IMG/VR virus record: IMGVR_UViG_3300028591_000110
Span: 1 to 64,000 of that record
Direction: 5' to 3' (one strand)
DNA: 64,000 nt
Origin: a virus
Taxonomy: Duplodnaviria; Caudoviricetes
The number at the start of each line of letters is the position of its first letter. The first letter of the stretch is position 1. The notes beneath the pieces are model-generated. The model saw only the letters and a program-made list of their open reading frames with translations, searched no databases and had not been told where the DNA came from. Both the position numbers and the translations under genes were made by a program. Below, in pieces: positions 8,871-17,622 of the stretch.

Positions 8871-8904
8871 AGTTAGCAAAAACACATAATAATCTGATAT
8901 ATCC
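8871..8904 (+). promoter_or_regulatory. Rightward variant of the phage promoter motif (AGTTAGCA-N14-TCTG-ATA-TATCC)
   Basis: Same boxes and 14-bp spacing as the 13 leftward copies, pointing toward the recombinase. Confidence 0.6.
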
Positions 8905-8969
8905 CACCTGGTCTTACTGAAGATCAACGAGATATTCAGCGATTTTACCAAATAATATCAACATTTCTA

Positions 8970-8998
8970 TTGACAAATCACCATCCATACTATATAAT
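8970..8998 (+). promoter_or_regulatory. Consensus sigma-A promoter for the recombinase
   Basis: Perfect TTGACA-17 bp-TATAAT. Confidence 0.85.
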
Positions 8999-9064
8999 AA
9001 AGAGTGTGCAGAAGCACGTTTTTCATTGCATAAAGCAAAACACTAAAGACTGGAGGACTGCCCG

Positions 9065-9913
9065 ATGGACGAGCAAATCTGCCTTTTTGAAGAACCCATG
9101 CAGCCAGCAGCGCCGGAGCAGAAGGACGGGATCTTGATCCAATTCCCACTGGCTCAGGAAGACTCGAACGTAGTACATCTACCGGGAGTCTCCAAGAAGA
9201 AGGACAAGAGAACCCATAAGAAAGAATGGAAAACCAAAGACAATTTCATCAACAACGCCAGAGCCGGCCAGGAGCAGACGGTCTACGCCATCAAGTCTAT
9301 GGAAGACCGCAAGCGGATGGCAGCTTGGCTATTAGAGAACAAAGACCGGAAATACTTCCTGGCCTTTACGCTTGGCATCAACCTTGGGCTGAGAGCGAAT
9401 GAGCTGCTACAGCTTCGTCAATGCGACGTCTTCAACCCTGACGGATCTTTCCGATACAACGGAGGAGATTTAACAGACACGTCTGACAGGGTAATGGTAG
9501 ATCAGAGCAAGACCCATAAGAGACGCAGACTCTACCTGAACGAAGCATGCATCAACGCCCTTAGCTGGTATTTCCCCGTAAAGGGATCTCAGAACTACAG
9601 CCAAGCCTATCTGTTTAAGAGCAGAGAAGGAGGACACATTGAAGTTGGTACGTTCTGCAAGGTCTTAAAGGAAGCTGCTGCCGCATGTGGGATCAAGCTC
9701 AATGTTGGTACGCACACCCTGAGAAAGACATACGGATACGAACACTTCAAAAGAAACCATGATGTGGTTTATCTCCAGCAGCTCTTTGGTCATTCCAGTC
9801 CTCTGATCACCATGCGATACATTGGTGTTACGGAAGAAGATGAGAAAGCTGCTTTCCATGCAATGTCTATGGACTTCCTGAAGATGTTGAATGAGGAAGA
9901 GACGGGGGATTGA
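9065..9913 (+). CDS. Tyrosine recombinase (integrase/XerC family, catalytic domain intact)
   Basis: GLRANE (R), HTLRK (HxxR), FGHSS (H) and RYIG (Y). GGAGG RBS. Confidence 0.92.
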   Translation: MDEQICLFEEPMQPAAPEQKDGILIQFPLAQEDSNVVHLPGVSKKKDKRTHKKEWKTKDNFINNARAGQEQTVYAIKSMEDRKRMAAWLLENKDRKYFLAFTLGINLGLRANELLQLRQCDVFNPDGSFRYNGGDLTDTSDRVMVDQSKTHKRRRLYLNEACINALSWYFPVKGSQNYSQAYLFKSREGGHIEVGTFCKVLKEAAAACGIKLNVGTHTLRKTYGYEHFKRNHDVVYLQQLFGHSSPLITMRYIGVTEEDEKAAFHAMSMDFLKMLNEEETGD

Positions 9914-10320
9914 TTACATTGATTCCTTTTACGGTGTCTCCACATGATCCTTCTACTGTTACTGCGCAGTAGAGTTTAGCACCCTGCATTATTGATAGCT
10001 GGTTGCTAACCGTGTTTTAGAGGTCTTTCGTCAAGCACCCCCGGAGGGGCGCTCGAACGAAAGTGAGAGCAAGACTGTAGGTTCTGAATATTATGCATAA
10101 ATGACTGTATATTTTCTTTGCTTGCAAAAGTAGCAAGCTACGCTTAAGGGGCGATTTTTGAAAAGTGAGTGTTTTCAATGCCTTGAGGGGTGTAAAAAAA
10201 CGATTTTAGAACCTCGGAAGTTCTAAAATGCTTTTTGAGGCATCCGAAAATATTCATTCAATGCATAAATATACAGAATACAGTGTATATCAGTGAATAT
10301 AGCGTATAAAGGAGTTTTAC

Positions 10321-10542
10321 ATGATTCACGAACAATTTGGCTGCCCGCCGGACTACAATCCCGGCTTCTGTTACGAGCCTATGGATGATGAGTGCACCCG
10401 CTGCTGGCGCGGCTGGTTCCGGGAGAACGGATGGCAGCTTGACCAGGCACGCCGGATCGTTAAGGCGTACAACAGTTTGAAGGAGTCTCCGCAGGTGTGC
10501 GTGGTTCCGGATTTCTCAGAAGAAAGAGGTGACGACGAGTGA
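10321..10542 (+). CDS. Hypothetical Cys-containing protein
   Basis: AAGGAG RBS, first gene of the rightward operon. Confidence 0.65.
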   Translation: MIHEQFGCPPDYNPGFCYEPMDDECTRCWRGWFRENGWQLDQARRIVKAYNSLKESPQVCVVPDFSEERGDDE

Positions 10543-10823
10543 GATGGGAGAACCGCTTGTATAAGGTGGTCTTGCATGGTGACGACTGCGTGCTGTGCTC
10601 GGCGACAAGGATGAGCAACGGACACTGGCTTGCCTGCCTCACCATTGACGAGAATCCATATGAGCAGCAGCGGTGGTTTATCAGGAAAGAGACACCGGAA
10701 GACGTCATGAAGGAGCTGTCTACGCTGATTTATAATTACTGCATGAAAAAGGCGGCCCATTATTCCGGCATTGTCAATGGGCTGCCTGATATCGAGAATT
10801 TGACAGAGGAGGAGAAATCATAA
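10539..10823 (+). CDS. Hypothetical protein
   Basis: GAGGTG RBS, GTGA overlap. Confidence 0.65.
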   Translation: MRWENRLYKVVLHGDDCVLCSATRMSNGHWLACLTIDENPYEQQRWFIRKETPEDVMKELSTLIYNYCMKKAAHYSGIVNGLPDIENLTEEEKS

Positions 10824-11044
10824 TGGGCTGGATTATTGCAGCAGCGTATTTGCTGATCGGGTTTGTTACATCTGTGCTGTTCTGTAAGTATGGATGGAAT
10901 GACTACGATGTAGGGGATGTTGCGCTTCAGATTATCCTTTGGCCTGTGGCGGTTGTCCTTACGATCTTCTACTTTGCGGCATGGGCTGCGCACAAGCTTG
11001 CCGGTAAGAAGCTGGATAAAACATACAGAGAGTATATGGGGTGA
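10823..11044 (+). CDS. Small two-TM membrane protein
   Basis: Two hydrophobic helices with YLLIGF...ILWP, similar in pattern to 11886-12116. Confidence 0.7.
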   Translation: MGWIIAAAYLLIGFVTSVLFCKYGWNDYDVGDVALQIILWPVAVVLTIFYFAAWAAHKLAGKKLDKTYREYMG

Positions 11045-11057
11045 GGAGTAGGAAGGT

Positions 11058-11309
11058 ATGCATTATGCGTGCGAATATAGCGCAGCTTATCTGCGCGATC
11101 ATGGATATCAGGTAGTTCCGCCAACTGTCAGTCTTTGCTGGACATGCAAGCACCGCATTCGTGAGTGGGATTTCTTTAACGATTGTTGGAGGACGTGCGC
11201 AATGAATGGAAATCTTGTGATTGTAACGGCGGATGGGGTACGCAAAAGAGTGGAAAAACTGCCTGCGAAAATGAGATGCCATGAATATATCCCGGTTTGG
11301 GAGGAGTGA
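11058..11309 (+). CDS. Hypothetical Cys-rich protein
   Basis: RBS and CWTCKH motif. Confidence 0.6.
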   Translation: MHYACEYSAAYLRDHGYQVVPPTVSLCWTCKHRIREWDFFNDCWRTCAMNGNLVIVTADGVRKRVEKLPAKMRCHEYIPVWEE

Positions 11310-11313
11310 TGAT

Positions 11314-11697
11314 ATGGATGACGAGAGAATGAGATGGGTTGACGGCGCCTGCGGCAAACGGGCTATGCTTATGGAAGGCAATAAGATCATCGCCGTGTTG
11401 GAGCGGTATGATCTTGATGATTCTTGTCCTGATTTTATTTGGACGTGGGAAGTTCTGATGCGCGGCATCGATCTGCCCAGCCTTATCATGAATTATGAGA
11501 GTATGGCCGTGGCGGAGTTCAAGGCGACGCAGGAAATCGCCAAGATGTGTATCAGCAGGGAAGAATACTACAGACGGATCAGAGAACATCTTCCGGACTG
11601 GGATGATGTGTACCATAAGATGGCGTTTGAAAAGGCTTGCCAAAATGCCGTGGCGGAATATGAGAATATGAAAGCGAGGAGTGGTTGGACATCATGA
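11314..11697 (+). CDS. Hypothetical protein
   Basis: GGAGGAG RBS before ATG 11314. Confidence 0.7.
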   Translation: MDDERMRWVDGACGKRAMLMEGNKIIAVLERYDLDDSCPDFIWTWEVLMRGIDLPSLIMNYESMAVAEFKATQEIAKMCISREEYYRRIREHLPDWDDVYHKMAFEKACQNAVAEYENMKARSGWTS

Positions 11698-11873
11698 ACA
11701 ATGTGATTCTTAGAAATAACGAGCTGTACATCAATGGATTTAAGGCGCCGCTGCCGAATCCAAAGCGCAAATACCACAGGGTATATCAGAACAATGACCG
11801 GCTGTTTGTTGACGGCTACGAATGGAAGAACGGGACGTGGAAGTGGTCTCTGATCGCCTTCCTGTTCTACTAA
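11694..11873 (+). CDS. Hypothetical protein
   Basis: ATGA overlap with the upstream gene. Confidence 0.55.
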   Translation: MNNVILRNNELYINGFKAPLPNPKRKYHRVYQNNDRLFVDGYEWKNGTWKWSLIAFLFY

Positions 11874-11885
11874 AGGAGAAAAAAG

Positions 11886-12116
11886 ATGACTACTGTATTA
11901 TTTATTCTGGTATATCTGGCTGTCGGGATTTTGGTCACGTCTGTTGCGGTAAAAGTTACTCCTGGTGACTTTGATGTTGAAGATGTCTTCTTTTCAGTGA
12001 TTGTATGGCCTTTTGTGTTTTTCATCGGTGTGCTTGTAGGAACTGGATATGTTTTGTGCAAGGCGGTTGAAGCGATTACAGGAGAGTCTATTAGCTACAG
12101 AGGATGGTGGTATTGA
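11886..12116 (+). CDS. Small two-TM membrane protein
   Basis: AAGGAG RBS, YLAVG...VWP. Confidence 0.7.
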   Translation: MTTVLFILVYLAVGILVTSVAVKVTPGDFDVEDVFFSVIVWPFVFFIGVLVGTGYVLCKAVEAITGESISYRGWWY

Positions 12117-12520
12117 CGAGCGGCGCACTAATCAAAACCATTTTGCTGCTGACAATGCTGTATTTTCACATTATGGATGACTACAGACACCAGGGCATTC
12201 TAGCCTCTATGAAGCAAAAGAGCTGGTGGCAGCAAAACGCTCCGGACGGGATGTACCGGAATGACTATATCGTCGCTTTATTTGAGCACGCATTCTCATG
12301 GACGTTTGCGATCCATATTCCTGCTATCTTCTATAAGGCGGTTGTTGGTTGGGATATGGGGATTGGGCTTTTTCTATTCGTGTTCATCTTTATGTGGACA
12401 ATGCATGCGTTTGTCGATCATATGAAGGCGAACCTCCATATGCTGAATCTCGCGCAGGATCAGCTCGTTCACTTAGCTCAGGTTGTGTTTGTGTGGGGAT
12501 ATTACTGCTTTACGCGATAA
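12104..12520 (+). CDS. DUF3307-like membrane protein
   Basis: HIMDDYRHQ...EH...HAFVD..K...QDQLVH metal-binding membrane motif. Confidence 0.7.
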   Translation: MVVLTSGALIKTILLLTMLYFHIMDDYRHQGILASMKQKSWWQQNAPDGMYRNDYIVALFEHAFSWTFAIHIPAIFYKAVVGWDMGIGLFLFVFIFMWTMHAFVDHMKANLHMLNLAQDQLVHLAQVVFVWGYYCFTR

Positions 12521-12530
12521 GGAAAGAAAA

Positions 12531-12860
12531 ATGATTCTATGGGTAGATGACATCAGAGAGCCGCCGCAGCAGAAGGGATACCGCTGGGTTAAAAGCGTGA
12601 ACGAGGCCAAGGCTGCCATTGATGATTTTGAAAAGAAGATCGACAAGGGCGTTATGCATCCGTGGGCGGAGATCCGCTATATCGACATCGACCACGACGC
12701 CGGCGACTATGCCTGTGACGGCGGTGATTACATTAAGCTGCTGGACTGGCTGGAAGAGCGCGGTGCCTGCTATGATATTCGGATTCACTCTATGAATCCG
12801 GTTGGTGTTATACGAATGCGTTCAATTATTGAAAGAAATAAGTGGAGGGAAGTATTTTAG
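12531..12860 (+). CDS. Cyclic-phosphate-processing receiver (REC-like) domain protein
   Basis: LWVDDIR.PP...IDHDAGD...IHSMNPVG signature. Confidence 0.75.
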   Translation: MILWVDDIREPPQQKGYRWVKSVNEAKAAIDDFEKKIDKGVMHPWAEIRYIDIDHDAGDYACDGGDYIKLLDWLEERGACYDIRIHSMNPVGVIRMRSIIERNKWREVF

Positions 12861-13280
12861 ATGGATAGCTTCAACAATATGTCTGATACAAATACAGAAA
12901 CGGATTTTACATATATTACAGGGTCATGCAGTCTGCGACTTCCGTGTGGTGTTTGTATGATGACGAACAAAGTTTGTCCTATGCATGGTTCGTTTCCGCA
13001 AACGCCAATTTATGGCACGGGAGAATTTACCTGTTCAGCAAACAGCGGGAAAACGTCAAAAACTGTAAAAAATGTGTATACAAAAACAACAAGCACACCT
13101 GTCGTTACAAATTATGATTATTTGCAATCTCTTGGTTTGAAAGAGTTTGCAAAGGTTCTTGGTGATGGTTTGTGCCCAGGATTTGATGATAAGACGTGGG
13201 AATGCAGAACCAATGAGCATGGAGAAGCGGAATGCAAAGTTTGTGTTTTGGAGTGGCTGTCGAGTGAAGCCAGAGTTTAA
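12861..13280 (+). CDS. Cys-rich hypothetical protein
   Basis: CSLRLPCGVC..TNKVCP and a C-terminal TNYD...C..C..WL pattern. Confidence 0.65.
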   Translation: MDSFNNMSDTNTETDFTYITGSCSLRLPCGVCMMTNKVCPMHGSFPQTPIYGTGEFTCSANSGKTSKTVKNVYTKTTSTPVVTNYDYLQSLGLKEFAKVLGDGLCPGFDDKTWECRTNEHGEAECKVCVLEWLSSEARV

Positions 13281-13495
13281 GTTTGCAGGCCAACGCGCTT
13301 TGGTAGCTGCGCCTTGTGTGGATAATTCTGGAGGTGCTGCAAAAAGCGCGTTTATGAAGTGGTTTTACGATCACTATTATCCAGATCTGCCGGATAAGTG
13401 GAGGCAGATAATTGAGGATAGGCAGAAGCGCGTGTTAGATTCCGGAGCATCAGAAGGAGTCGGACGGGAAGATCGTGCCGGCGGAGACGTGTAGT

Positions 13496-13849
13496 ATGTT
13501 TAGAGTGATTATTGCAGGAAGCCGGGATTTTGACGACTACAGTCTGCTCAAAACCAAAATGGACTCTCTGCTGCGCAATAAGGATGACGACGTATGCGTT
13601 GTATGCGGAGAAGCAAGAGGGGCGGACACGCTCGGGAGGCGGTACGCGGAGGAGCGTGGGTATCAAATCATGTCATTTCCTGCGAAGTGGTCTGAGCATG
13701 GCAAACAGGCCGGGTATCTTCGCAATATCGAAATGGCGGAGAACGCGGATGCGCTTGTCGCGTTTTGGAACGGAGAAAGTCATGGGACGAAGCACATGAT
13801 CGATACTGCAAAAAGATACGGGCTTCAGATCCGGATTATAGAAGTATGA
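13496..13849 (+). CDS. SLOG-family (DUF2493/YspA-like) protein
   Basis: VIIAGSRDF, GEARGAD, AGYLRN.EM and S.GT.HMI motifs. Confidence 0.85.
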   Translation: MFRVIIAGSRDFDDYSLLKTKMDSLLRNKDDDVCVVCGEARGADTLGRRYAEERGYQIMSFPAKWSEHGKQAGYLRNIEMAENADALVAFWNGESHGTKHMIDTAKRYGLQIRIIEV

Positions 13850-13864
13850 AAGCAGGTTTTGATA

Positions 13865-14320
13865 ATGATCAAAATTGTTCAAGGAGATCTCTTATCGGCG
13901 AACGCTGATGTAATCTGCCAGCAAGTAAATTGCCAAGGTGTTATGGGTGCTGGGCTTGCAAAAGAAATCTATACTAAATGGCCGTGCGTCAAAAGGATGT
14001 ATCAATCATTTTGCAAAGCAGTCGGAGATCCGTATATGCTACTCGGTATGGTATATGTTATTCAGATACCAGATGTCCCATTTATCATTGCAAACGTATT
14101 TGGTCAATTGAATTATGGCAGACAGCGTGTGTGCTATACAAGCTACGATGCTCTCAGGACGGCGTTTACAAAAATCCATAATACATATCCGACAGATAAG
14201 ATAGTCGCGTTCCCGTATGGATTTGGCTGTGGGCTTGCAGGAGGAGATTGGAAGACTGTACTAAATATCATCGATGAATGCTTTGTTGGTCGTATGGTAC
14301 TTGTCTATAAAAAGGAATGA
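13865..14320 (+). CDS. Macrodomain protein (Poa1p/DarG/TARG1-like ADP-ribose hydrolase)
   Basis: GDLL, QVNCQGVMGAGLA and PYGFGCGLAGGDW. Confidence 0.88.
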   Translation: MIKIVQGDLLSANADVICQQVNCQGVMGAGLAKEIYTKWPCVKRMYQSFCKAVGDPYMLLGMVYVIQIPDVPFIIANVFGQLNYGRQRVCYTSYDALRTAFTKIHNTYPTDKIVAFPYGFGCGLAGGDWKTVLNIIDECFVGRMVLVYKKE

Positions 14321-14335
14321 AAGCAGGCTTTTATC

Positions 14336-14596
14336 ATGTTTGATTTTCGGAGAGCGTTTCATCCAACGCGAGAAGAACAAGAGGAAGACCGTCTCAGATA
14401 TATGGAAGTATGTCAGAAGGCCGTTGAAAGAAAAGCGTGCTGCACATGTGCCCATCACATTAGTGTGTCCGGTTATCATCCTGGTTTTGTTACAGGGGCA
14501 GATGAAGATTGTGAATTAGGACGATGCCCAATCGAAACGTGCGAAGATTATGAATTAGACTCAGCAGATTTTGTAAATGAAAGCAGGTTGTTATGA
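14336..14596 (+). CDS. Cys-rich hypothetical protein
   Basis: CCTCAH motif, operon context. Confidence 0.6.
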   Translation: MFDFRRAFHPTREEQEEDRLRYMEVCQKAVERKACCTCAHHISVSGYHPGFVTGADEDCELGRCPIETCEDYELDSADFVNESRLL

Positions 14597-14817
14597 GTTA
14601 CGATATCAATGTGGACGATCTGATTCGGTATTTTGAAGATCAGGGATGCATTATTACGAAGGCCAAGGAAGGGCAAGGCGGTTTTTTCATCGACGGCAAG
14701 CCGATCAATCTGGCAGAAGTATTTGAGCCGGACGTCTGCGCGAGCTGCGGCAACAACCCAAAGAACGGCGGCAGCGGAGTTTGCCATTGTGTACTTGGGC
14801 AAAGAACATTTTACTGA
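14593..14817 (+). CDS. Hypothetical protein (C..C.NNPKNGGSGVCHC)
   Basis: ATGA overlap and Zn-like motif. Confidence 0.65.
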   Translation: MSYDINVDDLIRYFEDQGCIITKAKEGQGGFFIDGKPINLAEVFEPDVCASCGNNPKNGGSGVCHCVLGQRTFY

Positions 14818-14835
14818 AAACGGAGTTTACTGAAT

Positions 14836-15186
14836 ATGGACGAGATCCCGAAGTATCGGAAGAAAGCAAAGAAAAAGACCCCGCCGAAGGCAAAGCACAA
14901 GCATGTCTATGAGGACTGTGTGATTGAGTATCCGCTGGAGATCCCGTGGAAGCCGGGTGAGACGCGCAGGAAAATTGAATCTTACTGCCCAATTTGCGGA
15001 AAGCGCGGATATATGATGAACAGGGAGAAGTGGACGGTAAACGGAAAGGGCAAATATGGCTATTTCGTAGAATTGAGTGATGCTGCGATTGCAGAGCTGA
15101 ACGAAGAGACGCGCACGCTTCCGCTTTTCTATGTGCCGGATTATGTATATACGAAATATTTTGATTTGGAGCAGAAGCAATGCTGA
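14836..15186 (+). CDS. Hypothetical protein (HKH.Y..C / CPICGK Zn motif)
   Basis: ORF track and operon context. Confidence 0.7.
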   Translation: MDEIPKYRKKAKKKTPPKAKHKHVYEDCVIEYPLEIPWKPGETRRKIESYCPICGKRGYMMNREKWTVNGKGKYGYFVELSDAAIAELNEETRTLPLFYVPDYVYTKYFDLEQKQC

Positions 15187-15455
15187 GAACCTATAAGATC
15201 GATCATATCGATGACATCACCATCTACTTTACGGATGAAGACGGCATGTATAAAAGGGCGACGGTGAAAATTGAGATCCCGGAGTGGTTTAAGTCTGTGG
15301 GAAGTATTTCGATCACTGAAAAATCCGCCTTGCGTAAGATTGACGGATTCACGGTGAAAGAAGAGCTTGGAGTGCTCTTTGAGCTGAATGCTTCTTGTGA
15401 CCGTGTGAGTTTACAGACTGAGGAGCTATATAAATCAGGAGGTGTGAATGTATGA
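15180..15455 (+). CDS. Hypothetical protein
   Basis: Operon context. Confidence 0.6.
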   Translation: MLRTYKIDHIDDITIYFTDEDGMYKRATVKIEIPEWFKSVGSISITEKSALRKIDGFTVKEELGVLFELNASCDRVSLQTEELYKSGGVNV

Positions 15456-15613
15456 TTTCTGCATGGCATTTGGCGTGGATTGCGCCGCTTTGCACGGTGT
15501 TCGGATTTGTCATCTGCGCGATGTTCAAGGTCGGCGCTGCTGCGGATCTGGCTATGCTGCCAATTGATTATGACGAGCGGCAGTTTTACTTTGACTGATA
15601 AGAAGGTGGTCAT

Positions 15614-15889
15614 ATGGTAGTGGGATCTGATTATGATGTCGCGATGAAGAAAGTTGACATGAGTGCAGAGTCGATTTTTGTGATCCAGTACGATCAAAGG
15701 AAGATCCGCTGTGAAGAAGCAAATAACATCTTCCAAGCCGCAAAGCGAATTGTGGGAGAACAAAAAGTGCTTATGATTCCTGATATTTGCGTCATTGCAA
15801 CGTGGGATAAGCGCACTCTTACGAAGCTGAGGGTTTACATCGATGGGCTTTTGGAAGCGACGCCAAACAAAGAGGAGGGTAATACATGA
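15614..15889 (+). CDS. Hypothetical protein
   Basis: AAGGTGG RBS, operon context. Confidence 0.6.
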   Translation: MVVGSDYDVAMKKVDMSAESIFVIQYDQRKIRCEEANNIFQAAKRIVGEQKVLMIPDICVIATWDKRTLTKLRVYIDGLLEATPNKEEGNT

Positions 15890-16161
15890 ATGAACAGGAT
15901 TTTTTGAAGCTGTGCAAGGAGCTTGTGCGTGATTACGCGAACGAGCATCTTGACAAGGCGGACGGTGTGCAGATCACTGTCGCAGATGTGTTTTGCGTCT
16001 GGGCGTGTAAAACACTTCAAAACAACAAAGCGATGCTGAGTACAACGCTGTTTGACGGTATGTACTATGAGCTGACTTATAACGGCGACAAGGATGAGCT
16101 TTATTTTGACGCTTATAAAAAGTTCGAGAACCGCCGAATCCCTCTGTATTCTCATTCGTGA
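15886..16161 (+). CDS. DUF6275-family phage protein
   Basis: VWACKTLQNNKAMLST..DGMYYELTYNGDK.ELYFDAYKK. Confidence 0.75.
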   Translation: MNEQDFLKLCKELVRDYANEHLDKADGVQITVADVFCVWACKTLQNNKAMLSTTLFDGMYYELTYNGDKDELYFDAYKKFENRRIPLYSHS

Positions 16162-16172
16162 TGAGGTGACAG

Positions 16173-16742
16173 ATGGGAAGAAAGCTGTATATCTCAGATC
16201 TTCATCTCGGTCATGCCAATGTCATCCGGTTTGACGGCAGGCCTTATGAAACGGTCGATGAAATGGATGCTGACATTATCCGCAGATGGAACAGTGCGGT
16301 GCAGACGGACGACACGGTGTATATCCTCGGAGACTTTTGCTGGGGTAAAGAGGAAGACTGGATTCGGTATCTGCGGCAGATGAAGGGCAGAAAAGTGCTG
16401 ATTCGCGGAAATCACGATCTCAGAACGATGTCTGTCAGGCTGCGAAACATGTTTCAGGACGTGAAGGACTATCTGGAGATTAAGGATGGAGATCTGAATG
16501 TGATTATGTGTCACTATCCGATCCCATTTTATAAGCGTTCGTATTTCGAGCGGACGTTTATGCTGTTCGGACACGTCCACAACACCAGAGAAGACGGATT
16601 CCTGACGCAATGGCGCAGGCTTCTGCAGGAGACCAGATGCTGCGCGGGAGACGCCAGAGGGCAGTTTTACAACGTCGGCTGCATGATGCCCTATATGGAC
16701 TACACACCAAGGACGCTGGACGAAATTTTGAGCCGCGTCTGA
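16173..16742 (+). CDS. Calcineurin-like metallophosphoesterase
   Basis: SDLHLGH, LGDF, GNHD, CHYP and GHVH. Confidence 0.9.
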   Translation: MGRKLYISDLHLGHANVIRFDGRPYETVDEMDADIIRRWNSAVQTDDTVYILGDFCWGKEEDWIRYLRQMKGRKVLIRGNHDLRTMSVRLRNMFQDVKDYLEIKDGDLNVIMCHYPIPFYKRSYFERTFMLFGHVHNTREDGFLTQWRRLLQETRCCAGDARGQFYNVGCMMPYMDYTPRTLDEILSRV

Positions 16743-16788
16743 TTAAAAGCGCAAAGCAAAACATTAAAGACCAGAAAAGGAAGATGAA

Positions 16789-17076
16789 ATGAGCGGATAT
16801 AAGATTGCAATCATTGCGGCGCTCGCAGCGCTTTTTGTTGAGTGGACAGTGGCGCTGATTCTGGCGCAGCGCGACGAGGATACTGCGCTGCGCTGGGCGA
16901 TGGGGCCGGTCTATCCGTTGGCATATCTGCTGACCTACCCGATCAGAATGTCGCGCAGATATGACAACAACCGCAAGCGATATGAGGACGCCGGCATTAC
17001 AAAATGGCAGTACATCTGCGGCAAGAAACCGGATTACAGCAAAATGGATTATCCGGACGGATGGGGCGGACTATGA
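16789..17076 (+). CDS. Putative membrane protein
   Basis: Hydrophobic N-terminus and RBS. Confidence 0.6.
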   Translation: MSGYKIAIIAALAALFVEWTVALILAQRDEDTALRWAMGPVYPLAYLLTYPIRMSRRYDNNRKRYEDAGITKWQYICGKKPDYSKMDYPDGWGGL

Positions 17077-17231
17077 ATGCTGAAACGAGTCTTTTGGTCA
17101 GAAGGCTCGACTCCGGCGGGTACACCGTCGTTCTGGATGACAAGGCATGGGAGTGCGCGGATCAGGAAGAATTGCTTGCGCTATTAAGACAAATCACCGC
17201 AGACAGCGGCGAATATGGAGGACAGCAATGA
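17073..17231 (+). CDS. Small hypothetical protein
   Basis: ATGA overlaps on both sides. Confidence 0.5.
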   Translation: MNAETSLLVRRLDSGGYTVVLDDKAWECADQEELLALLRQITADSGEYGGQQ

Positions 17232-17413
17232 ACGGCAGGATGATTTACTTCGCAGAGAAGAATATCCACGGCGGCTGGGCCGTCTACGGCGAGATCGGTG
17301 TGCATCAGTATTACGGCTGCACGAAGAAGGAGGCGCTGAATATGTATGCCTCTGAGTGCAAGCGGACGGTAATCCGCTGCCAGAAAAAAGATAAGGACAA
17401 ACAAAAATGCTGA
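17228..17413 (+). CDS. Small hypothetical protein
   Basis: GGAGG RBS before ATG 17228. Confidence 0.6.
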   Translation: MNGRMIYFAEKNIHGGWAVYGEIGVHQYYGCTKKEALNMYASECKRTVIRCQKKDKDKQKC

Positions 17414-17622
17414 CATGTGAAGGCTATAAGATGTTTTTCGGACGGGCAACTATTACGCCGGTTAATATGCGCGGATCATTCACGGTGGTCGGAACCTGGC
17501 TTTATAAGCCGGAGTATCGGTGCTGGTATGTGAACGGCGAAAGTTATCCGGAAGAAATTGTGTCCTCGCTTGTGGAGATGGAGCCGGAAGAAGATGATGG
17601 GGAGTTTGACATCCCGTTTTAA
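17407..17622 (+). CDS. Small protein with acidic SSB-like C-tail (EEDDGEFDIPF)
   Basis: AAGGA RBS and C-terminal DIPF. Confidence 0.6.
   Translation: MLTCEGYKMFFGRATITPVNMRGSFTVVGTWLYKPEYRCWYVNGESYPEEIVSSLVEMEPEEDDGEFDIPF

Noticed and set aside
8010-8889. Overlapping Ala/Arg/Pro-rich ORFs on both strands
   Set aside because: They arise from low-complexity GC-rich repeats and lack RBSs and recognisable domains.
10001-10011. Additional copy of the phage promoter
   Set aside because: GGTTAGCA is present on the minus strand, but there is no YCTG or TATAA at the conserved spacing.
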